This document shows, piece after piece, positions 39,108-52,619 of a stretch of 64,000 nucleotides of DNA; the stretch's first letter is position 1; the number at the start of each line of letters is the position of its first letter. Origin of the DNA: Callorhinchus milii (lineage: Eukaryota); NCBI RefSeq assembly GCF_018977255.1, contig NW_024704742.1, positions 123,878,001 through 123,942,000 on the forward strand, given 5' to 3'. Position numbers and translations under genes: made by a program. Under the pieces are notes generated by a model, which was not told the origin of the DNA, did not search any database, and saw nothing but the letters and a program-made list of their open reading frames with translations.

Positions 39108-39732
39108 GACTAAAAAACAGGTTCCTACTTACCGCTAGGTCAACAGAGGCGTGTGGAGTAAGGAAACTTGCCCAACGTTTCGCCTTGCTGGGAATCGCAC
39201 CCAAGTCTCTTGCTTGAGAGGCGAGTGCTCTAACCACATGACTTCAATGCAGGCTCTTAGCTCCCCAAATATTATGCATAATAATTGAATAACACTAAAT
39301 TATTTAAATTATTAAAATAATACCAGTGCCCTCTTTTCCCAGATCAGCCCCAGCTCGCCAGCCTGTAATTGTCAAACATTTTGAAATGTATTCCCGTCGT
39401 GAAAGTCTCTTCTATAAATGTAAATTGTATTATATTATCTCTGAAGAGATCTATCACAAAAGACATGAAGAAAAGCTTGAAAAATTAAGATTTATTTTCA
39501 CTAGAGCTAAGATGTTTAAGTTTAAGGGATGACCTGAAAGAAGTATTCAAGATTATGATTAGGATAAATAATAAATTATTCCACCGGGCTGTGTACCAGT
39601 AACAAGGGCACAAAACGTAAGATAATCACAGAAAAGGGATGTTGAAATAAATCTTGACACAGAGGAAACATTCTGTACCTTGAATGGAAAAGGTGACTTT
39701 GCCACAACTGAAAATAATTGTTTTTCTCTTAG

Positions 39733-39827
39733 TTGTGGGATGTTGAGACTAAGAAAAGGATACGAAACATGCAGGGTCATAGTTCAATGGTTGGATCACT
39801 GAGCTGGAATGATTACATTCTTAGCAG
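39733..39827 (+). CDS. CDC20B: CDC20B coding exon 8 ([31 protein letters not shown])
   Basis: Matches human [26 protein letters not shown]; canonical splice sites, phase 0 to 2. Confidence 0.96.
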
Positions 39828-40561
39828 GTATGGCCATTTGCCAAAGCACTTTAACATCACAGTGAATCTGCAGCAACATGCTGATAAATTGCAGTGTGAT
39901 ATGAAAATAAAAAATATTATAATCATATTAAGCACAGTGATAGTCAGACAATGCCAGAAATATGAAGCATTGTGGTATTTTTGAACCAAGCCAAAATTTG
40001 CAGCTTTATAGTGGACATGATCTGTGTTATCATCACATCGTCTTTATTTGAAACAAAAAGCTAACACCTATCTAATCTTCGAAATGCAGCGAGTTTCCTA
40101 TTCTTACTGATACCATCAATTTTGCTCAAGCAAATGACATATTTGTACTTCAATATGTATGCTGCAAAATGCAGTGACATGAAAAGTAACATGCACAATT
40201 TTGTGCTGGAGACTATGTCAAGTCAACATTTGCCTGGAGCCTTTGAATCCTAGTGGTATCTGGCCCATGATTTTTTGTGTGAGTATACATGTGTGTCAGA
40301 CCAGTTGGAACAGAAGGCAAGTAGGAAACTGCTTTGGAGCTTTTCTAAAAGGAGGCTGCAGATTTCACTGTGATCTAATGTTACAAAAATCAATTTGCAA
40401 ACATTTTATTTTACAGATTGATACCTGGGGCATCATATGATTTCAAAAGTGAATTTTTTCTATGGATATAGTCTTATGCGATGTCATGCCCCGATTTAGA
40501 ATCTTAGCATGTCAGGATCTTATTTCTTTCTTTATTTATTAATCTGCTTTATGTTCTTCAG

Positions 40562-40793
40562 TGGTTCAAAATTTGGCTCCATTCACCACCATGATGTACG
40601 GATAGCACAGCACCATGTTGGAACACTCTGTGGGCACACCTCTCAAGTCTGTAGTCTGAAATGGTCACCGAATGGCAGGTTCCTTGCAAGTGGAGGCAAT
40701 GATGGGTTGCTGAACATCTGGCCCAATGCTCCAGGAGCTGGTGTTAGGACTGTACCACACAGGACCATTGACAATCGCCAGTCAGCAGTGAAG
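40562..40793 (+). CDS. CDC20B: CDC20B coding exon 9 ([23 protein letters not shown]...QSAVK)
   Basis: [14 protein letters not shown] and IWPNAPGA are CDC20B-type; canonical splice sites, phase 2 to 0. Confidence 0.96.
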
Positions 40794-40854
40794 GTGATAG
40801 ACAAATTTCATATTTCTACTGTCGCATGTTTTAAGGAAGTATTTTGTGGTAAGT

Positions 40855-41173
40855 AATAATAATAATAATAATCCTTGCATTTGATATAGCGCTTTTCATA
40901 TCGGGAGGACGTCCCAAAGCGCTTCACAGAACACACTGTAAAGTGAATTGACTGTATATTTGTGGGCGAACGCGGCAGCCAATTGCGCACAACAATGTCC
41001 CACAAACAGTCGTAGATTGAAAATGACCAATATATTATTGTTTTTGGTTTTGGAGGGACTATTATTAGGCGTGTGGAGTAAGGAAACTTGCCCAAGGTTT
41101 CGCCCTGCCTGGGATTGAACTCAGGTCTCTCGCTTGCAAAGCGAGTGCTCTAACCACTGAGCTACAGGACTCC
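40855..41173 (-). mobile_element. Young full-length tRNA-derived SINE in CDC20B intron 9
   Basis: Reverse complement of the 54173 copy. Confidence 0.93.
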
Positions 41174-41296
41174 ACAAGTTATACTCAACATTTTGCTTTT
41201 AATTCTTTTAAAAGTTGATGAAAAGCCCAATAAGTGTGATGAAGAAAACAAAGTGAATATTGTCATTTAACAGTGTTTCAATTTCCATTTCAATAG

Positions 41297-41422
41297 GCCA
41301 TAAACTGGTGCCCCTGGCAGCCAGGAATTCTAGCTGTCGGGGGAGGAATGAAAGATGGACATTTACGGATTTGGGACACAAAGACAGGGAGCTGTGTGAA
41401 TGATGTAGACACAAAGTCACAA
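41297..41422 (+). CDS. CDC20B: CDC20B coding exon 10 (AINWCPWQPGILAVGGGMKDGHLRIWD...DTKSQ)
   Basis: GGGMKDG is the CDC20B form (CDC20 has GGGTSDR); AG/GT boundaries, 126 nt. Confidence 0.96.
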
Positions 41423-41459
41423 GTAAGATGTTCTTCAAGCTCTTTGAGGCATCCTCCTG

Positions 41460-41710
41460 ACATGAAAGTGAAATTAGGAGGCAGTTTTTCACCCAAAGGA
41501 TATTGGGAATCTGGAACTCTCACCGTCAAAATGTTATGGATGCTGGATTCATTCACAATTTCAAGACTGAGGTGGATAGATATTTGTTAGGTCAGGGTAT
41601 CAAGGGATATAGGGCAAGGATGGGTAATTGCAGTTGAGGTACAGATCAGCCATGATCTTATAGAATGGCAGAACAGACTTGATGGGCTAAATGGCCTACT
41701 TTCTATGTTT
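41460..41710 (+). mobile_element. CR1-type LINE 3' end
   Basis: TTCAAGACTGAGGTGGATAGAT...GATCAGCCATGATCTT...GGGCTAAATGGCCTACT, typical of shark CR1 tails; a further degraded CR1 piece at about 34210-34990. Confidence 0.7.
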
Positions 41711-43556
41711 CTAAGGTGCTATATAAATGTAAACTACATTGTAATATGACCTTGAAATTAATAGGCAGAGAAAAACAAATATGAAATAAGAAAGTGCTAG
41801 AGAAGCACAAATTTGACAGTAGATTCTGACAATACATTTATACTGTTGTACAATGAATCGTTTTGCCAGTTCTGGATCAGGCAAGACCAAACACTGAGTT
41901 AGATATCTCATTGTCTCTGCTCACAGGAGAACTAATTTGATGGTGAAGAGTCCGACCGAGCAGATCCCAATAGTGTTCCATGCTTGAACGCATGTCTTGA
42001 TGTCATCCTGCAAGTAGCATAATGACATCAAGTCATTTGCTCGCCTACAGGGGCTTTTTGGAAGCTCAATGGCAGCAAAATCACAATGAAAGCTGGGAGA
42101 AAGTTGTCTGATGTTTAGAAGCATGTCCCAGCTTTCACTGCCATTGTTTTGTTCCAGCGGATATAATCCATCCAAAAACTGACTGTTTATATGTAGATGT
42201 CTTAATGTCTTTGCAGTACTTAAGCAATCAATTCAAGTCAGTTAGTACATTTTGAACACCATTTGACACAGATGGTCTTGAAGGGTCTGCAAAAATGCCA
42301 GCTCCGGTTTATGAGCCTGCTTTCACGACTCCAGAGACCCTGAGAATTTGAATATAAAAGCTGTGTGAGAGGATCAGCATTAGGCAACCAACAAAGCTGC
42401 TATAATAATCCTTGTATTTGATGTAGTGCCTTTCACATCAGGAGGAGGTCTCATACAATGACTGTAAAGTATAGTACTGTAAATAATTTAGTCACTTCAA
42501 TCCAGATTGTTTGTGGGACACTGCTGTGCGCAATTGGCTGCTGTGTTTCACCCACAAATATACAGTCAATTTATTTTACAGTATATTCTGTGAAGCGCTT
42601 TGAGACGTCTAGAAGATGTGAAAAGTGCTATATCAAATGCAACGATTATTTGTCATAGTGTTTGTGTATTTCGTCAAAAATGGCAGCCAGCTTGCTCATA
42701 GCAATGTCTCACAAGCAAACAACTTAACAGCAACAACAACAAATTACATTTGTTTAGCGCCTCTCACATTGGGAGGATGTCCCAAGGTGTCGGACAGTCG
42801 AGTATCCACTCCCTAGCTGGTGGTTGGGATCAGAAGGGGTGGAGGGCAGGGAGGATCGGGGTAGGAAGGTGACCGAAGACTCAGTTGAAGAGGAGGGTCT
42901 CGAGACGGGCCTTGAGACGGGCCTTGAAACAGGCAAAGATGGGGGCAAGGCGAAGGGACTGTGGGATGGAATTCCAAGGCATAGAGGTAGAAAAGCTGAT
43001 GGTGGGGGATATTGGAGCAGGTCAGAGCCCGCTGGGCGGAAGGAGTGGACAGCTTGGTATAGAGTTAGCAGGTCACAGAGTTAGAGAGGAGCTAGGGCGT
43101 GGAAGGCTTTGAAAGCAAGAGCAAGGGTTTTGAACTTTATCTGCAGATAACAGCAAACTACCCAGTGACTTCCTGTAAAGATGGTTAAATACACAAGTAT
43201 GTGTGTAACTCTGTGGGGTGATGAAGTTGACCATATGTGTGAGAAACCGTACTGAAATTTCCCTCTGTACAATTTGTTCTACTGCTGTGTGTGTGTAGAT
43301 ATATATACATAAGTTGGTATGTCTAAAACCACTTAAAAGCTGAACCAAACTTATTTATTTATAGAGAGTTCTGGTTCCACTTTTTTAGTTCAGCTGTACC
43401 ACAACAAAAATAAATGCCTTTGATACTGTAATACATTGTCACCAGACATGATCAAAGAAAACCTTCACAGTGACAAGGCAGTTTTTCAGCTTTTAAGAAT
43501 AGTTTTTGAAAGAAAACCCTGCATGATACTGACAGTAATTCTCTTGTACTTTGTAG

Positions 43557-43674
43557 ATTTGTTCACTGATCTGGTTACCAAAGTATAAGGAGTTAGTTAC
43601 TGGCCACGGATTTCCCAGTAACCAAGTTTCTGTCTGGACTTATCCATCCCTTAGCAAGTCAACTGAGCTCAAAG
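43557..43674 (+). CDS. CDC20B: CDC20B coding exon 11 (ICSLIWLPKYKELVTGHGFPSNQVSVWTYPSLSKSTELK-G)
   Basis: Matches human ICSLIWLPKTKEIATGQG; ttgtag acceptor, AAAG|gtactg donor. Confidence 0.95.
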
Positions 43675-46600
43675 GTACTGTTTGGATCCTCTCTTTGACT
43701 GTAAGAAGATGTGAACACATTAAGGAATATGGTTCTTCCCAGACAGATTTTTTAAAATGTTTTTTTCAGCAAAATGCAAGAGAAGAATTTTTTTTGACAA
43801 AAGTCTTTTTTACTACATTACAAATTATGTTTCCTTTACCCTGCACCATAAATAAGCGTTGAGGCAATGTGTATAGTGTTGGAGAAGCTGGTATCAGAAG
43901 CAGTTTAATTTGGATTTCTTCGATATAAGTGCAGCGGGTAGAAAATTAATTTGTGCATATGCCTCTGTGATACTCTAAAACTCGCATCCAGGAGTTGATC
44001 ATGCCACCATCTATTTAATAATGTTATAAAAACAAACACCTAATTTCGGAGTTTTGTGCACATGCACCTCTGAAACCTTGTGTTAATTTGTAACAGCCCC
44101 CAATGCTTGGTGTATTGGTCGTGCTTCCTGCTCCACATTGGTCTACTGCTGGAAGTGCATTCGCTTTTGCTTGCAGCAGCACGAATAAAAAAAGTGTTAA
44201 TGTTAAAATGCTGCTGATTTGTACAAGACTGTATGTGACAACGAACGGCATTGATAGTTGACGAGAAAGCAGAGCAATAGCAGGTTGGAGGTTAATGAAG
44301 ATCTGCAAATGTATGAGCGGTGACAGAAAGCGAGAAGGTTGCCCACCATGTAGATGTGTGGTACAGTGGCCTGCAAGTCCTTTGTACGTTTGACGCAGAC
44401 AGCAGACTACCGATGGTACAATTGAGCCACATTTTTCATTTTGTTTGTTACTTCACATTCGTGTGAGCTGAAGAAGATCAATGCTGAGGAACGCCTTGGG
44501 ACGTCCTCCTGACGTGAAAGGCGCTTTATAAATGGAATCTTGTTGTTGTTGTTGTTGAACGGAATACTGGGGTATTATAATTATCATCACTAATATGGTT
44601 AAGCCTGTATCTTTGTGAAGCAGCACTGAATGATACACTCTGCACTTACAAACAGTGTTCTGCCTTCAACATAAGGTGGTTCTCAATTTTGTTTAGCCAA
44701 TGACTATTTGTTTTTTAGGGATTATTATCCCCGGAAAAGCGATCCGTCAATCAACGACAACAGGGTTCCTATTTATTGCTACGTAAACAGTGGCGTGTGG
44801 AATGAGGAAACTTGCCCAACATTTCGCCCAAACTCCAATATAAACAAGGTCCAAATGTTCAAAATCCAATCCTCATCCTTACGAGGCTCCACACTCTCAT
44901 CACCCCAGTGCCTGCCAGGTCCCCTTGCTCCCTGTTGCAGAATGAAATTTCAAGATCTTCACTCTCACTTTGAAATTTCTTCCCATTTGGCACCTTCCTA
45001 TCTCTCTGATTTGCTCACACACCACTCCACTACCTGCTGGCTTCTCTCAGCTGGCACTGGTCCCCTCCGCTCCTTACTTGATGGCCATGCTTTCAATCAC
45101 TGTGCCCCAAATCTCTGGAACTCTTTCCCTCAAACCCTCCGTCTTGTCCCCTCTTTGCCCATCTTCAAATCACACCTGAAGACTTTCCTTTTTGACTGTG
45201 CCTTCAGTCACCTTCCCATCCCTTTCTAACTCGGTGTCAAGCCATTCTTAAATGCTCCAAGGCACTATCTGTTTGAAGGATCCTTTATAGTGCAAGTTGT
45301 TGTTGTTATGCCCTAAGTTATGGTACTCCCTGTCTCTAGAGGGCTTATTCACTAGTCTGAATTTGCTGCAATTGAAGCTGATTAATAAATTTGTATTCAT
45401 TGTGAATAAACTCACAAATGTCTTATCATGGCCTGAAATTTGCCATTAGCTGCATTTGAATTTGAAGAAGAGCAAAGTTTTGATCCAAGGGCTTGGATAA
45501 GTATCATTTATTTTGATACAGATCAGTTCTATTAAAAGAAAGAACATTTGGAGGTTTTAACGATCTAACATTGCTCATTGTGATAACATTGTGGGTTTTC
45601 ACAGTTGCTTTGGTCTGTTGGTTGCAATTGCATCCATAAGGTGCTGCTAAACCAATGTAGCAATTTAATAACCTCAGATATCTCCAGAGTCTAGATAGTA
45701 TTTGAGAAAATAACACTCAAAGAGTAAGTAAAGTCACAAGATCACACAAAAGATTAGATTGAAAAAGATCTTTATCAAATGTAAGAATTATTATTATATC
45801 CATCCAAAATACCCACTATACCATTCTATTCTTTTTAAATGAGTCCAGCGTCCTAGCCGCTAGTGACCTGGTAACCTGCTCCAGTGGTTAATTACCCTCT
45901 GGGTAAAGAAACATTGTCTGGTGTCCATCCTAAATTGCCCTTTGCAATACTAAACCTGTGGCTTCTTGTTCTGCTGCCTCTGGGTTTATTTTCTCAACAA
46001 CAACTTGCATATATATAGCACCCTTCACGCCAGATGGCGTCTCAGAGAGCTCAGAGTGCTTCTCAATTTCTTTTAAAATCTTACAACTCTGTCTTAGGTC
46101 CCATCTGAGACATCTCTGTTCAAGACTGAAGAACCCGAGCTTGTCGAATCACTGCTCATAACTTATCCACTAACACTGGGAATTGTCCTTGTTGTTTTCC
46201 GCTGCGCTGCCTCTCGGGTCCAGGTAGCCCCTTTATCTCACAATGTCTAGATCTCTACACAGTACTCCAATTCATTTCATGTAATTTTTAATTTTATGGT
46301 CAGTTAAATTCACAGCGCTTTTCTGGGTTACTTTCCTAACAGATGTTGGGAAACTTCATGATATTCATCCAATCCACCATTATCATTACTCAACCTTAGC
46401 CTGCTTTCCTCCACACAATTTCTATTGCAGGATGAGAGGTCAGGTTACCAAGTCATTTATAATAGTAATAATCCTTGCATTTGATATAGTGTCTTATCAC
46501 GTCTGCGAGACATCTCAAAGTGCTTCACAGAATATACTGTAAAGTGAATTGACTGTATATTTTATGAGTGAATTGCAGCACCAATTGCACATAGCAGTGT

Positions 46601-47809
46601 CCCCACAAGCAGTCGTGGATTGAGTGAGCAAATTATTATCATTATTTTTTATTGTTGGAGGGATTATTATTCCCAGAAAAGCTTACTACTGGGTAAACAT
46701 AGGCTTGTGGAGTAAAGAAACTTGTCTAAGGTTTCGCCCTGCCCAGCAATCGAACCCAGGTCCTCTCGCTCTCGAGGCGAGTGCTTTAACCACTACGCTA
46801 CAGGACTCCAAGAGACACAGTTTTTCTTGTCCTGGCATAATCACTCTTGGCACTTTGGTGCAAAGTCTTATGCAGGCCTACTGGTGTGACTCAGCCTATC
46901 TCACTTCAGCCTGGCAAGAGTTTCCTTCTCAGCTCACACAGTCACTGATGCTAATATGAAACAGGTGTCAGCATGACTCAGTGAGTAGCACACTTGCCTC
47001 TGACTCAGTAAGCCCCACGTCAGTCTAAGGTGACTATGCACAGTGCTGGGGGAGTGCTACAGTGTTAAAGGTGTCATTTTCAGATTAAATGTTAAACCCT
47101 GGTCCCATCGACCAATTCAAGTGAACATTAAACATTCTATGGTTTTATTTTTAAAAAAGTGAATTTCTCCTCGTGTCCTGGCCAACATTATCCCAGATAC
47201 AATTGGTCACTCACTTCCTGGCTGTGCACAAATCGGTGGCTGACTTTACCTACAAAATACACAGTCATTATACTTTACAGTAGATTCTGTGAAGGGCTGT
47301 GAGGGAAAGACGCTATATCAAATGCAAGGATTATTTTTTCATCTGCATTTTGTCTATCACAGTCTCTGACCTTCAACTGCAATTTCTCCCTTCAAACACA
47401 CCAGTAACAGCAAAGAGGTATGAGAAGTGGAAAAAGCTGTGGTGAGATACTGCACTGCCTGCGCAGTTAGAAGTTGTGAGTCAATTGGTCCCTTAACAGT
47501 CACAGTTATACAAAAACTCATTTACATCTGCATCACAGGTTGATTTTTTTTGTTTGTTATGAATAAATGATTAAATCTTAAATAAAAGAAATTGTTTAAT
47601 TGTGGTGAATGAACTTTAATGGCCACTTATTCTTTGAACAATTCTGCACAGTAACAAGTCGATACAGTACGATTTCACTTCATGATTTAAGCTGATGCGT
47701 AAAATTAACTTACAGACAGAAAGTGCTATTCAAGGTATCAGTGCATGATATTCTCTGTTCACATTCTGAATGAAACTGGGCCTCAGGTAGAATCTCTGAC
47801 CATTTGCAG

Positions 47810-47961
47810 GTCACACAGGGAGGGTGCTGCACCTGGCTCACAGTCCTGATGGTCGTACATTGGTTTCATTGGCTGCTGATGAAACAGTCTGTTTCTGGAG
47901 TTGTGATGCTGCGGATGAACAGAAAACCAAGGGCTCTGCTTTGACAACACATACCCTGTGA
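47810..47961 (+). CDS. CDC20B: CDC20B last coding exon (GHTGRVLHLAHSPDGRTLVSLAADETVCFWSC...TTHTL*)
   Basis: tttgcag acceptor, phase 1; final WD repeat; TGA at 47959-47961. Confidence 0.95.
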
Positions 47962-48117
47962 TAAACCCAGCGGCTATTAAGGTAAATTATCTGAAAAGAG
48001 GTTACAATGCCAATGGTTGAAAGCCAAGAGTTCATCTGGGCAGAAGGAAATGTTAGTTGGCCACCTAGCTCCAATCTTGTTAGAATAATCTTTTCAGATT
48101 AATCATCACCTTTCTAC

Positions 48118-49130
48118 TACAACAACAACTTGCACTTATATATGGCTCTGCGCTGGGTGGTGGATTGGGGAGTGAGGAGGTTGGAGAGGTAGGTGCCAGG
48201 GAGTGAATGGATTTGAACACGAGTGTGAGGATATTGAAGTTGATTGTTCGGTGATGGGGAGCCAGTGGAGCCTGACCAGAACTAGTGAGATGTGGGTACG
48301 GAGTTTGGTCCGGGTCAGTATGTAGGCAGCAGAGTTCTGATTGAGCTGGGTCTTGTGAATGGTGGAGCTGGGGAGATCAGCGAGGAGTGCGTTGGAGTAA
48401 TCCAGGTGGGAGGTGACAAATGCACGCACGAGGGTTTCGGCTACATTTGGGGTAAGGTACGATTGGAGGCGGGCAATGTAGCGGAGGTGGAAGAGGGCGG
48501 TCCTGGTCAACGACCGGATGTGGGGGAGGAAGGACAGCTGGGCGTCGAACCGGACACCTAGGTTGTGCACTGGTGCAGTGAGTGTGAGGGAGAGCCCAGG
48601 GAGGTTGAGGAGGTTAGATCCGCAGGAGTGAAGACATTGATGGGAGCCACAGTATGGCTTCTGCCTTGTCCACATTCAGCTGCAGGAAGTTGGCACTCAT
48701 CCGGGCCCTGATGTCTACCAGGCAAGCTGATAGAACATCGGTGGACCTGGAGTTGGTACTGGAGGAGGCAAAGTAGATTTGTGTGTCATCCGCATACATG
48801 TTGAAGTTTATCCCATGTCTGCGGATGACATTGCCCAGAGGGAGCATATAGATAAGGAAAAGAAGAGGCCCAAGGATGGAGCCCTGGTGTACCCCGCAGG
48901 TGACCAGGCAGGGGTGGGAGGAGAAACCATTTGCTGTGATAAAATGGAGGTGGTTGGTTAAGTAGGACTCGAACCATGCGAGTGCGGTCCCATTAAAGTA
49001 GATGAGGGAGCTGATGGAGGAGGATGGTGTAGTCGACTGTGTCAAATGCGGCAGAGAGATCCAGGAGGATGAGGAGGCAGAGGGAGCCCTGGTTATAGAT
49101 AGAGAGGACGTTGTTTGTGACTTTGACAAT
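48118..49130 (-). mobile_element. L2-type LINE reverse transcriptase remnant just downstream of the CDC20B stop
   Basis: GVHQGSILGPLLFLIYMLPLG and YADDTQIY RT motifs, frameshifted. Confidence 0.92.
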
Positions 49131-52100
49131 ACTGTATCAAAACATTTTAGTATACATTAGTCAACAAAAGTTTTATATTTTATTAACACTAGTTTATTGC
49201 AGTCACGACTCTATTTATATTGAAGAAGACGTTAAACTGAGGCTCATTCTGACTTTTCATTAGGTGACTTTAAAAATTCTATTATTTGAAAAAAGAAGGG
49301 ATTTTCTCCTGGTGTCCTGCCTAGTCAACAATCCTTCAGATAAATTGGTCATTTACTTCATGGCTGTTTATGGGATCTCACTCTGTGCAAATTGCTACTC
49401 ATCGCCTACTAAAACAAATCAATAAACTTGACAGCAGTTACTTCTGAAGCGCTTTGAGATGTAATGAAGTGATTGTTCACTATAAAAACACAAAATCTTT
49501 CTATTTAGTACTCTTTCAAACAGTAAAACATTATTTAAATGACCATTGTACAGATCAAGTAAATAGAGTTACTTTATTATGGTTGCATTACATTCAATAA
49601 TGGGAGACGTCTATAATTATAATTTTACAGGAGTGTAGAGCATGCAGATATAATAATAAAAATAATTATTATGTGGTTGCAGTTCAGTTCATTCTGTAAA
49701 GAGTTTCCAAATGGTTTTAAGTGATGGGTCAGCCAGACCAATAACTCTGCTATGTTAGATTGGCTATAACTTTTCTTAGTATATTTGAACTTCCCAAACT
49801 TTGTGCGACTTTATCCTGTCAAGCCATTTCTGACTTGTCTTATTTGCAGTCCTCGTTGCACCAAAGATTATAGGAATTATGCTCGTCTTGTACTGCCACA
49901 TGCATCATTTTACAGATCAACATACTTCCTGTAATTCCTTATTTCCTCTCTAGTTCCTTATTTCGTACGTCATAGTCCTTTAGAATGGCCACATTAATGA
50001 TATTGCAGGTACAAGTTATTTTTTCTATGATGATATCTGATGTATTACAGATTATTATTTTATCTGTATGCAGATTCAGGACACCTGGAAGAACTTGATT
50101 CTATTTTTGAAACGTGCCATGGAATCTTTTAATGCCCACCTGAACACACAGATGGGTCCTCCGTTTAACGTCTCATCTGAAAGACAGCACCTCCAACAAT
50201 GTGGGCTAAAAACACAAAATCTTTCTATTTAGTACTCTTTCAAACAGTAAAACATTATTTAGATGACCATTGTACAGATCAGGTAAATAGCACTGCATTG
50301 GCATGTCAGTCAAGACTGTGAGCCCACAACCTTCTGACTTAGAGGCGAGTATAACCAAGTGAGCTAGGCTTACACCCTGTACTGCACTGGCATCTTTTAT
50401 GTAAATGGAAAAATGATTAATTGTTACTTTTTACAAGTACTTTGGAAGAGATAGGAATATAGTGAATGCATGTATTACTATTTGTATTTCTGACAAAAAT
50501 GAAGCTTGGATCCATCCATATGCTTTAATTAGAATGATTCATTGAACAATTATTATTAATAATGTAATGATCATATAGTTCAGGTTTACAAAAGAGTAGT
50601 GCACAATATGTAAGTTAAATCATTATTTCTGAAGTCGCTTCTGAAATCATCACCGTATTATGCAGAAAAAGTATGCATATGATTTTAATCGAAACCAGAT
50701 GTGAAACTTTCAATTATTTCTGAAGATTAGAATGCGTGAATCATTTTGCTAATATTTGTTATCAGCTTCAGGAAGCAAAATGAGTGACATCTGACTCGGT
50801 TAAAATGATTGTTAAACCTTTGCTCTGCAGACTGCAGTTTCATCAGCTCAACTAGGAGAAAAGTTCTGACCACCTCACACTGAAATGTTCAGGCTGCAAT
50901 CTGCAAAATGTATTGTGCTCTGAGATGCTACCTCATGTGAAGAGTGCTATAAAAATACCAGTTGTTATTGTTGCTCTGCATTAAAAGTCTTGTTAAAAAG
51001 GCAGCCCAAATGTTGATGTATAATGCTGTAGTGTTGTGTTAGTTAGTTGTGTTAAATAAATAATTTAAAAAACTGTTATCTAGAAGAGTTTGAATTGTGA
51101 CTTAGCTGCTTTGCAGCAGAGACAAATAATAATCCTTGGATTTGATATAGTGCCTTTCTACTAATACAACAACTTGAATCCAGGGCCCTTCACATGAAAT
51201 GAAAATGAAGACTATTGTTGAACCTTCAAGCAAAAGGTGAAGGTTGTGGATTAAACCCCATATTGAGAATTTGAGCTGATAGTGCTGGGGGAGCACAGCA
51301 TTGTCATAAGTCACACCCTTCAGAAGAGCCGTTAAGCCGAGATGTTATCTGCCGGTTCAAGTGAATGTTAAAGATCCCATGGCACTGTTCCAAAGGGGAG
51401 TTTTGCCTGGTGTGCTGGCCAACCAACCCACCCAGATGAAGAAATTAGTCATTCACTTCATGGTTGTTAATGTGACGTTGGCTGCTGGGTTTTCCTGCAA
51501 ATACAAAAACAATAAAATTGCAACAAAATTACATTTGTACAGTGCCTTTCACATTGGGAGGACATCCCAAAGTGCTGAAATACAGTCATGATATTCTAGA
51601 GTAAAAGTCTGCGAAAATAAAATGCAAGGGTTATTATTATGAAGAATTTCGCAAAGTAAAATTGGACAATATTTTACCCAAAATTATCTAAGATTAATTA
51701 TCCTGATGTAAATCCTGCAAGCCCAAACCTTAATCAATAGGATGATCCAAGCTGGTCAAGCAGCAGGAAGCTTGCCAGACTGTACCAGACTTTGCTCTCA
51801 ATGCCAAGTTATGAATTTTTTTAGCTGATTAAAATACAGCAGTACCATCCTAATCCTGTGTCACCAAGTCTTGGCTCTCAACCTGCACCTAATACTTTCC
51901 TTATACTAATAATTAGGTAAAACAGGTGCATCCCTCCAGGGAAACAGTGCACATTCCATTCCAGGGAAATTTCCACATGTAGGTGACAATACGATACAAT
52001 TTGCATTTATATAATGCCTTTCACATCAAGAGAACATCTGAAAGCTCTTCACACAGTTGACTGGGCACCTGAGTGGGGTGGGGGGTTCGATGGCTGAAAG

Positions 52101-52619
52101 TGCGATCGAAGAAATAGATCTGAAAGTGGGTTTTAAAAGTGGGGAAGGAGGGGGCAAAGTAGAGGGTTTCCAGGAAGGAGTTCTAGAGAATGGGGAAAAA
52201 TGGCTGAAAGCTGAAACTTTAAATTGTAAGATCAAATGGTCTTTGAAACTGAGTCTAGATAAAATGTTGGGCCTGGTATCCAGCAATATTTTTCCAGGAA
52301 GTATAATTTTGTAACTTGTCATATATCCTTAAGAGGATTGTTTTTAACAGTGACTGAGGTCATCAGCAATAATGAAACCCATCAAACCACAAGCGCAATA
52401 GCACAGTAAGTGTGAAAACATGTAATTTCAACAACCCCAACCCCAATGTAACTGACACATTGGAGTTCTGTAGCTTAGGTGGAGACCTGTGGCTCAGTGG
52501 TTAGAGCACTCGCTTCGCAAGCGAGATTGCTGGGTTTGCTTCCTGGCAGTGCGAAACATTAGGCAAGTTTCCTTACTCCATATGCCTCTGTTTACCTAGC
52601 AATAAGTAGGAACCCGGTT

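Noticed and set aside
48614..49129. Reverse transcriptase ORF as an intact or novel RT system
   Set aside because: Frameshifted, truncated L2 LINE relic
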